The position numbers and the translations under genes were made by a program. Source: the human T2T-CHM13v2.0 reference genome, Homo sapiens. Taken from it: a DNA stretch of 64,000 nt. The notes under the pieces were generated by a model, which had not been told where the DNA came from, did no database searches, and saw nothing but the letters and a program-made list of their open reading frames with translations. Of the stretch, positions 13,815-26,242 are shown piece after piece (the first letter of the stretch is position 1; every line of letters starts with the position of its first letter). Location of the stretch: the NCBI RefSeq assembly GCF_009914755.1, contig NC_060925.1; one strand, 5' to 3'.

Positions 13815-14218
13815 TGGAATGGACCCTTCAATATCATGCAGTTGAAAACTCCCATATAACTTTTGACTTATCCCAAACATACATACTAATAGCCTACTGT
13901 TGACTGGATGCCTTAACTGATAACATAAACAGTCGATTAACAAATATTTTACATGTTAGCATTGTATACTGTATTCTTATGATAAAGTAAGTAGAGAAAA
14001 AGAAAACGTTAAGAAAATCGTAAGAAAGAGAAAATACATTTACTGTTCATTAAGTGGGAGTGGGTTATCATAAAGGTCTTCATCTTCATTGTCTTCACAT
14101 TGAGTAGGTTGAGGAGGAGGAAGGGTTAGTCTTGCTGTCCCAGGTGGCAGAGGCGGAAGAAAATCCATGTATAAATGAACCCACTCAATTGGAACTTGTA
14201 TTGTTCAAGGATCAAATG
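13815..14218. mobile_element. Tigger2a (MER28)-like DNA transposon within L2 remnants
   Basis: TAATAGCCTACTGTTGACTGGA...TTGTTCAAGGATCAAATG followed by TA. Confidence 0.75.
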
Positions 14219-14850
14219 TATATGGTTATGTCCCTATTTCTCTTCTCCCATAATTTTAAATACCCTCTCAAGAAGATCTCATAGCTTTCAATTACCATTT
14301 ATATTCCCTCATTCTAAAAATTATGTCTTTAGCTCAATATTCTGGACCTATATACCTCACTCACTATGAGATAACTTCTCTGTGATATCTCATTGGTACA
14401 TCAAACTCAACCTTTTCCAAATGGAATTGATGGTTTTACTCTCTTCCTTATTCCTCAAACTATTTCTTATTATCTGTTAGTCCTTTTCAGTAATTTGCCT
14501 AAGCCAGAAACTTGGGAGTATATTATCTTAGCTCTTGGTTGATCTTTCTGCTTTCACTCTTCTGGCTTCCAGTTGTTTTCTCCATCAGATTACACTGTAC
14601 AGCATTGGGGGAAAACTGAGGGTATTTGGGAGCATCTCTGTGGGCCTTGATAGAAAATTATATTATATTTTGTTAATGTTGCATAATTATAATGAAATAC
14701 ATCGTTTGAGAGAAGATTAAATACTGATTTGCATAAAATTGCCAAATAAAATCTTTACAAATTTAGAATAAGTTTAAGCTGATATCTGGATATATTTTAG
14801 ATATGTTATACTTGACGTGGCTATATTTATTTGTTGGTTGACATTTAAAA

Positions 14851-17800
14851 TTTTTTTTTGTTGATACATAATATTTGTACATATTTATGGTGTACATGTG
14901 ATATTTTGTTACATGGATAGAATGTGTAATGATCAAGTCAGTATTTAGGGTATGTATCACCTTGAGTGTTTATTATTTCTGTGTTTTGGGAACATTTCAA
15001 GTCATCTCTTCTAGCTGTTTAGAAATATATAATACATTATTGTTAAGTATAGCCTCCTACTCTGCTTTTGAACATTAGAATTTATTCCTTTGTGCAGCTG
15101 TTCACCATGGCATATGTTTAACTGTGTAACAGTCCTGCACATGTACCCCAGAACTTAAAAGTTAGAAATTAAAAAAAGAATTTATTTCTTCTACCTGTAT
15201 GTTTGTACACATTAATCAACCACCTTTCATCCCTCTCCTTCCCTCCTGCCACACACATACACACACCCTTCCAACCCTCTAGTATCTTATCATTTTACTG
15301 TCTACCTCCATGAGATCAACTTTTAACGTTCCCACATAAAAGTGAGAACATAGGAAAATTTGTCTTTCTGTGCCTGGTTTCTTTCACTTAATAGAATGAC
15401 CTTCCAGTTCTGTCCATGTCGCCTTGCCACAGATGACAGGATTTCATTCTTTTTTATGGCCACACAGTATTTCAGTGTGTATATATACTACATTTTCTTT
15501 ATTCATCTGTTGATGGATTTAGGTTGATTCCAGATCTTGACTGTTGTGAATAGTGCTACAGTAAACAAGGGGTGCAAGTATCCCTTTGATAAACTGATTT
15601 TCTTTCCTTTTGAAAAATACCCAGTAGTAGGACTGCTGGATCATCCAGTAGTTCTGTTTTTAGTTTTGAGAAATCTTCATACTGTTTGCCATAGTGGCTC
15701 TACTAACTTATATTTCCACCAACAGTGTAGGAGTTCCCTTTTCTCTGCATCCTTGCCAGCATCTGTTACTCTGTTTTTAGTAATAACCCTTCTAATTGGG
15801 GTAAGATGATATTTCATCGTGGTTTTGATCTGCACTTCCCTGATGGTTAGTGATGTTGAACATTTTTTCATATATTTGTTTGCCATTTATTTGTATGTTA
15901 CCTTTTGAGAAATTTCTGTTCATGTCCTTTGCCCACTTTTTAATGGGATTTTTTTTTAATTGTTGAGTTTCTTGCATATTAGTCCCTTGTTGGAAGAATA
16001 GTTTGCAGATATTTTCTCCCATTCAACAGGTTGTTCTTCACATTGTTTATTGTTTCCATTGCTGTACAGAAACTTTTTACTTTAATATAATCCCATCTAT
16101 TTTTGTTGCCTGTGCTTTTGAGGTCTTAGCCATAAAGTCCTTGCCTCGACCAGTGTCCTGAAGCAGTTCTCCAGTGTTTTTCTGTGTTCTCTTGTATTCC
16201 ACTCAGTTTCTGTGACATCATTATTTTGAATTCTTTTTCTGATATTTCCTAAGTTTATTTTTCATTGGGATCTGTAGCTGGAGAATTATTCTGTTTTTCT
16301 TTTTTTTGGAGGTATCATAATTTCTTACTTTTTCTGTTTCTTGTGTCCTATGTTGATATCTGCACATCTGGTATAAACATTGCTTCTTCTAGTTTTTTGA
16401 ATTTGCTTTTTTAGGGGAGGACTTTTCCCCGAAGATGTACCTATGATTTTGATTGGGTGGGGCACTTTGGCTTTGGTTCTTCATACTGGCTGTGTAATTT
16501 CTAACCTATAAACAGCGTCAGTGGTGTCTGTGGTTTCCTCAGTGGCTTAAGGTTTGCTTGTTAGTGGAGGGTGTGGTGAAGTTTTGCTGGGGTCAGTGAC
16601 ATCAGGCAGGCTATTCCTTGGGCCCCAGTGGTGGCAGCAGCAGGCTGAGCCTGCCTGTTTTTGAGTCCCAAGGCCACGTATGCTGGCACCTGTGCTAGTA
16701 AGTCCAGACATCATCTTGGGTGCCAGCAGTGGCAGTGGTGAGCCTGGAGGGTGAGCAGGTCAAGTTTCTGGGCAGTGGGCAATGGCAGTAGCAGTGAAGG
16801 GGCAACCTCTGGCTCCCCAGAGGTCCACACTGTTACCAATTGTGGCTTTGATGGGCTGGACAGGACAGTGCGCAGGCCCACAGGGGGTGTGTGCGGGTGG
16901 GTAACAGTTGTGGTGGTAGTGGCAGGTTGGTTGGGCGTGTCTTCTGCCCCTGGGAAAAGTGCTCAGGTGCCAACAGTGGAGGATGTTGCAGGGCCACCCT
17001 CAGGCCCCAAAATGTGTGCTCAGGCACTGCTAGGGCGGCAGAAGGGGAGGACAGAGCCCAGCCAAGTTGGCCTGTCCTCAGGCCTCCAGGTCGCAGGCAG
17101 GGGTGGGGTGTTCTTCAGGTCCTTGGCAGTGTGCTACCAGCACTTGGGTCCTGCTGCTGGGGAGAGCAGCGTTGTTTTCAGTGGCAACGGCCAGTAAGCA
17201 GGCATCTGGGGCATGTGAGCTTCCGCCAGTTGGTGGCTGTGATTGGGAGAATCTGTCCTCAGGGTGCTTTTAAATACGTGACTGTTGGAGTTGTGGGGTC
17301 ACTGCCAGTGGCTTGCACTTAGATATCATCATTGTCTGCAGGTTTGCAGGGGTTGGGGGGCTGTCTTCAGGTGCTTCCCCCACCCCGACTTAGGGTGTAA
17401 GGACTCTTGGGCCCCAGGGTAGGATGCAGTCTGGTGGGGGCCGAGCCCTCAAAATGGCGCTGTGCTGCATGCAGCTGCTTAGGGCATGTGTAGGACCCAA
17501 GCATGAACCTCCTATCTGGAGCATCTTGTGGTCTCTAGGCAGCTTTCTGTGTTGGTGTCAGGACCCCTGAGGGTCATGTGGCTCTCCCCTGGCTAGGATT
17601 GCAGGAGTCTGAGGTGGGAATGTGGACCATTAGGGGTCTCTCACCCTTATCTCACTGGTGAGCCCATCCTGGCTTCCCTTCTCCTTCCTTGCCTTAGGTG
17701 TTTCTGCTCACTTTATCTGTTGAATTCCAGTGCACTCTCTTAGATCATCTATTCAAAGTGTGATTATCTACTCACTGTTTTGGTTCTTTTTGTTTGTTGA

Positions 17801-17888
17801 CCCTCCTGGTAACTTACAGAAGGTGGTTCTTCTTTTTGGAGGAGGCAGGTGCCAGATGCCTCTAGTTAGCTATCTTGAAGCCCCTCTC
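14851..17888 (-). mobile_element. L1MA-class LINE-1 with 3' end (14851-~16185) joined to the ORF1 start and GC-rich 5' UTR (~16185-17888)
   Basis: ORF 15677-15886 resembles the ORF2 C-terminus ([13 protein letters not shown]...LLHCWW); L1M-type 5' terminus ...GCTATCTTGAAG. Confidence 0.75.
15091..15176 (+). mobile_element. Short old L1PA 3'-end insertion inside the L1MA
   Basis: CCTGCACATGTACCCCAGAACTTAAAA terminus; 14-bp TSD AGAATTTATT(C/T)CTT at 15077-15090 and 15177-15190. Confidence 0.8.
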
Positions 17889-18175
17889 AAGATATTTTTA
17901 ATGATAAATGTCTTCAAATTATTGCTAGCTACCATTGAAAAAATATTTTTATTTAATAATCTTCTGTATTATCCCTTTATCATTTGTCATGCGATCAGTA
18001 TATCTAAATATTAAAAGGGCACCTCTTTGATCTCTTTTGCTTTGTTGCTTTCCCCAAAAAATGTTGGCAGCATTCATGAAGTTTGCAAAAACAAGCAATT
18101 CTGAGTTGTGTGAAATATTTTGCAGTTGTAATTCATTGTGCTGCGGTAAAACTGGCTTCTTACAAAAGAACTTTA

Positions 18176-18484
18176 TTTCTTTTTCTTCTTCTTCTTCTTC
18201 TTTTTTTTTTTTTTGGAGATGGAGTCTTGCTCTGTTGCCCAGGCTGGAGTGCAGTGGTGCAATCTTGGCTCCCTGCAACCCCCAGGTTCAAGCAGTTCCC
18301 CTGCCTCAGCCTCCTGAGTAGCTGGGATTACAGGTGCACGCCACCATGCCTGGCTAATTTTTCTATTTGTAGTAGAGACGGGGTTTCATCATGTTGGTCT
18401 GGTCTCAAACTCCTGACCTCAGGATCCGCTCTCCTTGGCCTCCCAAAGTGCTGGGATTACAGGCGTGAGCCACCGTGCCCAGCT
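18176..18484 (-). mobile_element. AluS with (CTT)n-derived tail
   Basis: Antisense dimeric Alu. Confidence 0.92.
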
Positions 18485-19544
18485 TACTTCTTGTTTTTAA
18501 CTTCCAGAGGCTTAAAAACTTTTAATACTTTTTCTGAATAGGAAAGATTTTTTTTAATGATAATATGTTGGTGTAAGTTTGTTTCGCATCATTGCTTCAT
18601 GCGAATAAAGTATGAGTGAAACTTTATATGTTTTTAAAAATTAGTGACTTACACTTTTTGGACTCTAGTATCCTAGCTTTAAATTTAAAAGTTGTCTATT
18701 CTGGTGGAAAAATAAATATCAATAAAGATGAAATCTGTTGAAATTATTAAAGAAGACTGTAGGCCATTATGGCTTCAGTTTGATCATTTTAAAAAATGTA
18801 ACTTAGATGCATTCTGAAGAATGATTAGCAAATAGTTGAACAAGTTAGAAAAGCAACACCTAAGCAGAATGGAAATGATTAAAATGTTGATTTACACTGA
18901 ATGCATGAGTTTTAAATTTTTTTTAATTGACAAATTTATTTTACACATGAATACTACTTTGAAAGTAAGTTTCTTGAATGTTATTACATGTAGCCCCTTT
19001 AATGAATTTGATTAAATTCAAAATGAATAATTTATGTCTGATGAAGAGACTTTTATTTATAAAAGCAAATAAATTAGAAATAAGTTTATTTTTCTGGGCA
19101 CAAATTATTCATTTTAAATGTTTATTAAGAATTGAATCTTGATTAGTTGTTAACATCAAAAGCCAATATGCTAGCAAGCAATATGAAACAAGCAATCCAT
19201 AAAATAGCTATCAGAAAAAACTTTAAAAGTCAATTGTTTTCTCTTTAAAACCTCTTATACCAGGTTGATACTGATCATAATCATATGCTAGTGAAAAAGT
19301 AAAAAATTGGGGGGAAAAAGCTTAACATTTGTACATGCACATGCAAAACAAAAGCTCCCTTGATAATAAAGGGATTGCAGATATAATGATAAACTAGCTG
19401 GGATGATTCAACTTGATTATTAAGGAGAGAAAAAGATTGTAAATCATTATTTTATAACCTACCTGTTTTTAGTACAACTAGTTGGGAAATTTTGCCCTAG
19501 ATTATATCACCTGCCGAACAATCCAGAGTTGTCTTTTAAAAATG

Positions 19545-20225
19545 GCAATCATATAATTTCACCTTCTTCTTGTAAACTTTCCAGTGGCTTACTATCACAT
19601 GTGGAATAAAAATCAGATTTTTTACACTGTAGCTGAGAATGTATATATAGGCTATTGCCTACAAAGAAAGTTAAACTGAAGCTGGTTGTGGTGGTATGTG
19701 CCTGCAGTCCCAGCTGCTGGAGAGGTTGGGCCAGGAGGGTCACTTGAGCCCAGAAGTTTGAGGCCCTGGCCTACATAGTGAGACCCTGTCTCAAACTGAA
19801 CAACCAACCAAACAAACAAAGTAGCAAGTGTAACGTTTTTTAACATTTTTTAAAAAAATTATTCTTCAACATAGGACATTCCATGCTTGCTTCCATCTTG
19901 GAATCTTTGTGTCAGCTGTTCCTTCTGCCTAAAATCTTCCTCTCCCAAATCTTTGCAAGACTTGTTTTTTCAATTACCTGCTTCTAGATAATCTTGAGAA
20001 CCCCTCTCTAAATACTATTGACAAAAACCTTCCACACGTGTATTATGTCCTTATTCTGCCTTATTTTTCCTCAGTAGCATTTATACTACCTGAGTGTTGT
20101 ATATTTATCTGTTAAACTGTTGACTCTTAGAATATAAACTCCCTTAGGGTGGAGACTTTGTCTTGGTCACTATGTGTCTTTAGTGCCTACAATAATGCAT
20201 AATGTGTAGTAGACAATGTATGTTA
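19545..20225 (+). mobile_element. L2 3' remnant interrupted by a FLAM
   Basis: TTCCAGTGGCTT...GCTGTTCCTTCTGCCT...AGAATATAAACTCC L2-like motifs. Confidence 0.55.
19680..19820 (+). mobile_element. FLAM/free Alu monomer
   Basis: Single arm ending GTGAGACCCTGTCTC with a (CAAA)-type tail. Confidence 0.8.
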
Positions 20226-20244
20226 GATATATCTTTGATTATAA

Positions 20245-21860
20245 TTTTTTAGTTTAACTTTTTAAATTGCCATATAATTGTACATATTTATGGGGTACAT
20301 AGTGATATTTTGATACATACAATGTATAGTTATCAGGTTATCATAATTAGCATAGCTATCATCTCAAATGTTTATCATTCTTTGTTTTGGGAATAGTCAG
20401 TTTCCTCCTTCTAGCTATTTGAAACTATGTATTATTGTTAACTATAATCCTATAGTGGTGTGGAACACTCGAACTTATTTCTTCTATCCAGTCATAACAA
20501 ATCTCTCTGTATTCCCCCTACCCCCTACTCTTCCCAGCCAATAGTATTTTCTGTTGCACTTTTTACTTCTATGAGTTCAACTTTTTTTTAGCTTCTACAT
20601 ATGAGAGAGAACTTGTGGTGTTTAACTTTATGTTTCTGGCTTGTTTCACTTAACATAATGTCCTCCATTTCCATCTATGTTGCCACAAATGACAGGATTT
20701 CATTTTTTTATGGCTGAATAGTATTTTATTGTGTACATGTATGCCACATTTTCTTTATCCATTTATCTGTTGTTGGACCCTTAGGTTGATTACATATCTT
20801 TGCTGTTGTTAATAGGACTGTGAATAGAATGCATTAAACATGGGGGTGCAGATATCTCTTCAGTATACTCATTTCCTTTCATTTGGATAAATGCCCATTA
20901 ATGAGGTTGCTGGATCATATGGTAGTTCTCTTGGTAGTTTTTTGAGAACTCTAGACTATTCTCCATAGTGGCTCTACTAGTTTATATTCCCACCAACAAT
21001 GTATAAGAGTTGCCCTTTCTCCACATCCTCTGGAGCATTTGGTATTTTCTTGTCTTTTGTATAATAGCCATCCTAACTGGAGTGAGATGATACCTCATTG
21101 TGGTTTTGATTTGGATTTCCTGACGATTAGTGACATTGAGCATATTTTAATATATTTGTTGACTATTTTTGTGTCTTCTTTTGAGAAATGTCTGTTTAGA
21201 TCATTTCCACATTATAAAATCTGATTTTTTATGCTTTGAAATTTTTAAGTTTCTAGTATATTCTGATTATTAATCCCCTGTCAGATGAGTAATTTGCAGA
21301 TATTTTCTCCCATTCTTTAGGTTGTCTTTTCACTCTGTTGGTTGTTTCCTTTACTGTGCAGAAGCTTTTTAGTTTGATATAATCTCATTTGTTTATTTTT
21401 GTTTTTGTTGTCAGTGCTTTTATTCATAAAGCCTTTTCCCAGACCAGTGTCCTGAAGTGTTTTCTCTATGTTTTCTTCTAGTAATTTTATAATTTGGGGT
21501 CTTATATTTAGGTCTTGAGTTGATTTTGTATGGGGTGAGAGGTAGGAATCTAGTTTCATTCTTCTGTATATAGAGATATACAGTTTTCCCTGCATCATTT
21601 ATTGAAGACTGTCTTTTCCCCAGTGGAAGTTAAATTGTTCTTGTTTGCAGATGCCATGATCTTATATTTAGAAAAACCTGAAGACTTTACCAAAAATACT
21701 CTTAGAACTGGTAAATGAATTCAGTAAAATTGCAGGATACAAAATCATCATACAAAAACCACTAGCACTGTGGTACATGAACAGTGAACTAGCTGAAAAA
21801 GAAATCAAGAAGGCAATCCCATTTATAGTAGCTATCAAAAAAACCACCAAAATTCCTAGC
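20245..21860 (-). mobile_element. L1MA-class LINE-1 3' part (minus, to ~21624) with an inverted RT segment (plus, ~21625-21860)
   Basis: ORF 21317-21598 on minus is ORF2-like; plus-strand TTGTTTGCAGATGCCATGATC (FADDM-like) and ORF 21777 (MNSELAEKEIKKAIPF). Confidence 0.8.
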
Positions 21861-22306
21861 AGTTTTTTTCTCTTCATCATTTCTTACCAAATTTTGTTAG
21901 TTTTCATTCCCCACTTTTCTCTTGCCACCCATATATATTCTGTTCTATTGAAGAAAAATCTCTTTATCCTCTAGCTTAATAAACTATAATTATTCTCTAC
22001 TAAATACTTTGCAGTGATTGTCCATGTCACTTAAATATTATAAAAACTACTTAATATGGCCTGCAAGCCTAACATTTTTCTGAACCTCTGTGCTGTATAT
22101 ATCCCTTCCCTACATTATTTTGCACGATGCAGTTCTATTAACTTTCTCTAGTTTCTAGACTAATCCATTTTCTCTTTCAGCATGATCAGCTTATTCACTA
22201 GGTCACTTTTGTTCTGTGCTCGCTTAATTCGTACTTGGCCTTTAGATCTTAGGTTAGACATCAGTGCCTTTGCAAGGTTTTTGACTGAATTTGTGCGTGT
22301 AAGGTA

Positions 22307-24715
22307 CAAGGCATAGCTTGTTTTGTGCTTTGCTTTATCAGGCTTTGCAGAATTTTTTTTTGTGAACAAATTGGTTTGTGGCAACCTTGTGTGTTGATAA
22401 GTCTATTGGCACCAATTGTCCAACAGTGTGTGTCCCTTTCGTATTGGTGATTTTTACAATATTTCAAACTTTCATTATTTTTGTATCTGTTATGGTGATA
22501 TGGGACTAGTGATCTTTGATGTTACTATTAAAATTGTTTTGGGCACCACAAACCACACCCATATAAGATGGCAAACTTAGATTGATAACTGTTGTTCTGA
22601 CTGCCCCACTGACCAATTAGTCCCTCATCTCTCTCTCTCTCTCTCTTCAGGCCTCTCTTTTTCCTGAGACACAGCAGTATTGAAATTAAGCCTATTAATA
22701 ACCCTACAGTGACCTCCAAGTGTTTAAATGAAAGGAAGAGTTGCACATCTCTCATTTTAAACCAAAAGTTAGACATGATTAAGCTTAGTAAGGAAGGCAT
22801 GTCAAAAGCTGAGACAGGCCAAAAGCTAGGTCTATTATGCCAAACAGCTAAGTTGTGAATGCAAAAGAAAACTTCTTCAGGGAAGTTAAAAGTGCTACTC
22901 CAGTCGACACACAAATAATAAGAAAGCAAAACAACCTTATTGCTGATATGGGGAAAGCTTGATTGGTATGGAAAGCAGATCAAACCAGCCATAATATTCT
23001 GCTAAGCCAGAGCCTGATCCTGAGCAGTGCCCTAACTCTCTTCAGTTCTGTGAAGGCTGAGAGAGGAGAGAATTCTGCAGAAGAAAAGTTGGAAGGTAGC
23101 AGTAGATGGTTCATGGATTTAAGGAAGTAAGCCATCTCTATAAAATAAAAGTGTAAGGTGAAGCAGCAAGTGCTGATAAAGAAGCTGCAGCAAGTTATCC
23201 AGAAGATACAGTGAATATTATTGATGAAGTTGACTACACTAAACAACACATTTTCATCGTAGATGAAACAGCCTGTTATTGGAAGAAGATCCATCTGGTA
23301 CTTTTATAGTTGCAGAGAAGGCTGTGCTTTGGCTCCAAAACTTCAGAGGACAGACTGACTCTTTTGTTAGGGGCTAATACAGATGGGGACTTTGAGTTGC
23401 AACCAGTGGTCACTTAACATTCTAAATATCCTAGGGCCGCTAGGAATTATGCTAAGTCTACTCTGCCTGTGCTTTAGAAATTGAACAAAAAAGCGTGAAT
23501 GACAACACTGTTTACAGCAGGGTTCAGTGAATATTTTAAGGCCACTGTTGAGACCTACTGCTCAGAAATAAAGATTCCTTTCAAAATATTAGTGCTGATT
23601 GACAATGTACCTAGTCATGCAAGAGCTTTGATGAAGGTGTTCAAGGAGATGAATGTTGTTTTCATGATTACTAACACATCTATTCCTCAGCCCATAGATC
23701 AAGGAGTGATTTAGACTTTTCAAGATTTATTATTTAAGAAATAAGTTTTGTAAGGCTTTAGCTGCTATAGATAGTGATTCCTCTGATGGATCAGGGAACA
23801 GTAAATTGAAACTTTTTAATTTAATAAGATTTACCATTCTAGATGCCATTAAGAACATTTGTGATTAATAGGAGGAAGTCAAAATATTAACATAACCAGA
23901 AGTTTAGAAGAAGTTGATTCCTACCTTCATGGTTCATAGATGACTTTGAGGGGTTCAAGACTTCAGTGGAGGAAATAAAGATAGGGTGTGGAAATAGCAA
24001 GTGAACTAGCATTAGAAGTGGAGCTTGAAGATGTGACTGAATTGCTGCACACTCATGCTGGAACTTGAATGGATGAGGAGTTCCTTCTTACAGATGAGCA
24101 AAGAAAGTGGTTTTTTTGAGATAGAATTCACTCCAGTGAGCACTTTCGTGAAGATGCCATAAACGTTGTTGAAATGACAACAAAGGATTTAGAACATGAC
24201 ATAAATATAGTAAAGCGGCAGAGTTTGAGAGGATTAACTCCAATTTTAAAGGAAGTTCTTCTGTAAGTAAAATGCTGTCAAATATTATCACATACTGTAG
24301 AGAAATCTTCTGTGAAAGGCAGAGTCAATCAGTGCAGCAAACTTCATTGTTGTCTTATTTTCAGAAATCGCTACAGCCACCCTAACCTTCATCAACCACC
24401 ACACCCTGTTCAGTCAACAGCCATCAACATTGAGGCATAATCCTACACCAGCAAAAAAAATTAGGACTTGCTAAAGGCTCAGATGATTGTTAGCATTTTT
24501 TAGCAAGAAAGTACATTTTAATTAGGGGATGTACACTGTTTTTTAGACATAATGCTATTGCACACGTAATATAGACTGTGATACAGTGTTAACGTAACTA
24601 CGTAACTTTTATAAAAATGCAATGAGGTACCAGGAAATATGCGTAACTCATTTTATTATGATACTTTATTGCGGTGGTCTGGAACTGAACCCACAATATC
24701 TCCAAGGTATGGTTG
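22307..24715 (+). mobile_element. Near full-length Tigger1 DNA transposon (degenerate transposase)
   Basis: Termini TA-CAAGGCATAGCTTG and CTCCAAGGTATGGTTG; ~2.4 kb; ORF 23499-23714 resembles a pogo DDE domain ([12 protein letters not shown]...QPIDQGVI). Confidence 0.9.
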
Positions 24716-24952
24716 CACTCTTATGTTTCTGTGATAACGTACCAACCTTATAGTCTTTCTTACTGTCCTTCACTAGACTATATGCATTTTATCTTACCTT
24801 ATTCCTCATTTTAGTGTCCAGTGGCTGGCGTGTATAAACCCTGAATGTTTTTAAAGATAATATTTTAAAAGATCACTTTAGTTATAATACGGCTTCAGTT
24901 GGTGGAATAAAGAAATTTTTTTCTTTTTTTTTATTTTGAGTAAAAATGATAA

Positions 24953-25117
<165 letters not shown>

Positions 25118-25294
25118 TAATTCCGATTCTAAAATATGCTTGTGTGTGTTTTATTGTAATTTTTCTGTCTCAGTTAAATTTTAAGTTCCATAGAGTTGTC
25201 AGTCTTATTCCCTAATTCCCTTCTTTCAACATTAACTTGATGCTTATCTTCAGTACATAATTAACAATTTTTTATTGTATAATTACTTTAGTTG

Positions 25295-25480
25295 GAGAAT
25301 TTAGCCTGATAGAAGTAACACTAAACTGAGTCAGAAGACTTAGACTTTAGTCTTGGTTTTGTAATCTGTCTCTAATTATCTGTGTGACCTTTTTGAACCT
25401 TATTTTCTATCCAAGGAACTTTGGATTAAGAGAACCCTGTGTTTTTTGCAAGTACTGAAAGATCTATGATTCTGGATTTA
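25295..25480 (+). mobile_element. MIR remnant in intron 16
   Basis: GAGTCAGAAGACTTAG...TGTGTGACCTT MIR core motifs. Confidence 0.5.
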
Positions 25481-25920
25481 TTTGTGTTACGGATGGTTCA
25501 CAAAAGGAAATGGTTTTTTAAAATTTATTTTAATTACTAGTATAGTGTTCATAAAGCCCTTTACATTAATAACAGTTTTGTAATCGGCAAATTTAAGAAC
25601 AGCCTATAATCACAGTAAATACCACTGAATCGGTTCTCTTTGAGGTATGCTCCTTAAAATCTGTAACATTTTTGGTGCAAGTCTCTCATATCTGTGAAAC
25701 ATATATTATTTTAGCTAGAAGCTCTTAGATTATATTACTTAATAAGAGGAGTGTTATTTCTAGCTTATTCCAGAGTCTTTATATTTCCAGTTTTCTAGAA
25801 AACAGCATTTTATTCTGTTGATTTTAAGTTTTAAGAAATGTCAACTTGTTTTTACATGCATTATTCTAAAAATTCTAAAATTCCTATAGTCATTATAACC
25901 TACCATAATATTTTTTTCAG

Positions 25921-25957
25921 GTACATGGTAAAGCATAAATCGCACTTGAGATTCTGA
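25921..25957 (+). CDS. CDC73: Parafibromin final coding segment (exon 17)
   Basis: ttttttttcAG acceptor; G TAC ATG GTA AAG CAT AAA TCG CAC TTG AGA TTC TGA = YMVKHKSHLRF*. Confidence 0.96.
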
Positions 25958-26204
25958 ATTATTTGGCTCCTCCATTTCTGGAAATTGAGACTCAAGCTTT
26001 ATGAATTTATCAAGAACTTAAAAATGAAGAAGGTCACAGATTGATCTTTTATAAGACCTTATTTGATGCTTTGTGCTTCAAGGAGATGATACCTGTCATC
26101 CATATAAGCAAACTTTTTGGCTTACAACTATTTTTTTAATATTAGCCTTCTAGTCTGTAATGGAAATTGTATATTTTGATAGAAGTTTTTTCTCCATTGG
26201 TTAA

Positions 26205-26214
26205 ATTAGCATTA
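26205..26214 (+). promoter_or_regulatory. Candidate miR-155-5p target site
   Basis: ATTAGCATTA is complementary to miR-155-5p nt 2-11 (UAAUGCUAAU). Confidence 0.55.
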
Positions 26215-26236
26215 CTTAAAATTTGTTTCTTTAGAA

Positions 26237-26242
26237 AATAAA
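26237..26242 (+). terminator. Candidate proximal polyadenylation signal
   Basis: AATAAA followed by a TGTGTGTA GU-rich stretch. Confidence 0.4.

Noticed and set aside
16751-17322. Overlapping 143-148 aa ORFs in GC-rich sequence
   Set aside because: They lie in an L1M 5' UTR; ORF length reflects GC content and no protein family is recognisable.
18083-18541. Alu-derived ORFs (also 5186, 30294, 41716, 55044, 57342, 63129)
   Set aside because: Typical antisense Alu translations with no evidence of coding function.
22528-24291. ORFs in Tigger1 as a possible domesticated TIGD-like gene
   Set aside because: The transposase frame is broken by many stops; the minus-strand ORFs are incidental.
25919-25926. 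AG|GTACAT at the exon 17 start as a recursive splice site
   Set aside because: Weak donor match, short intron, and no downstream exon identified.
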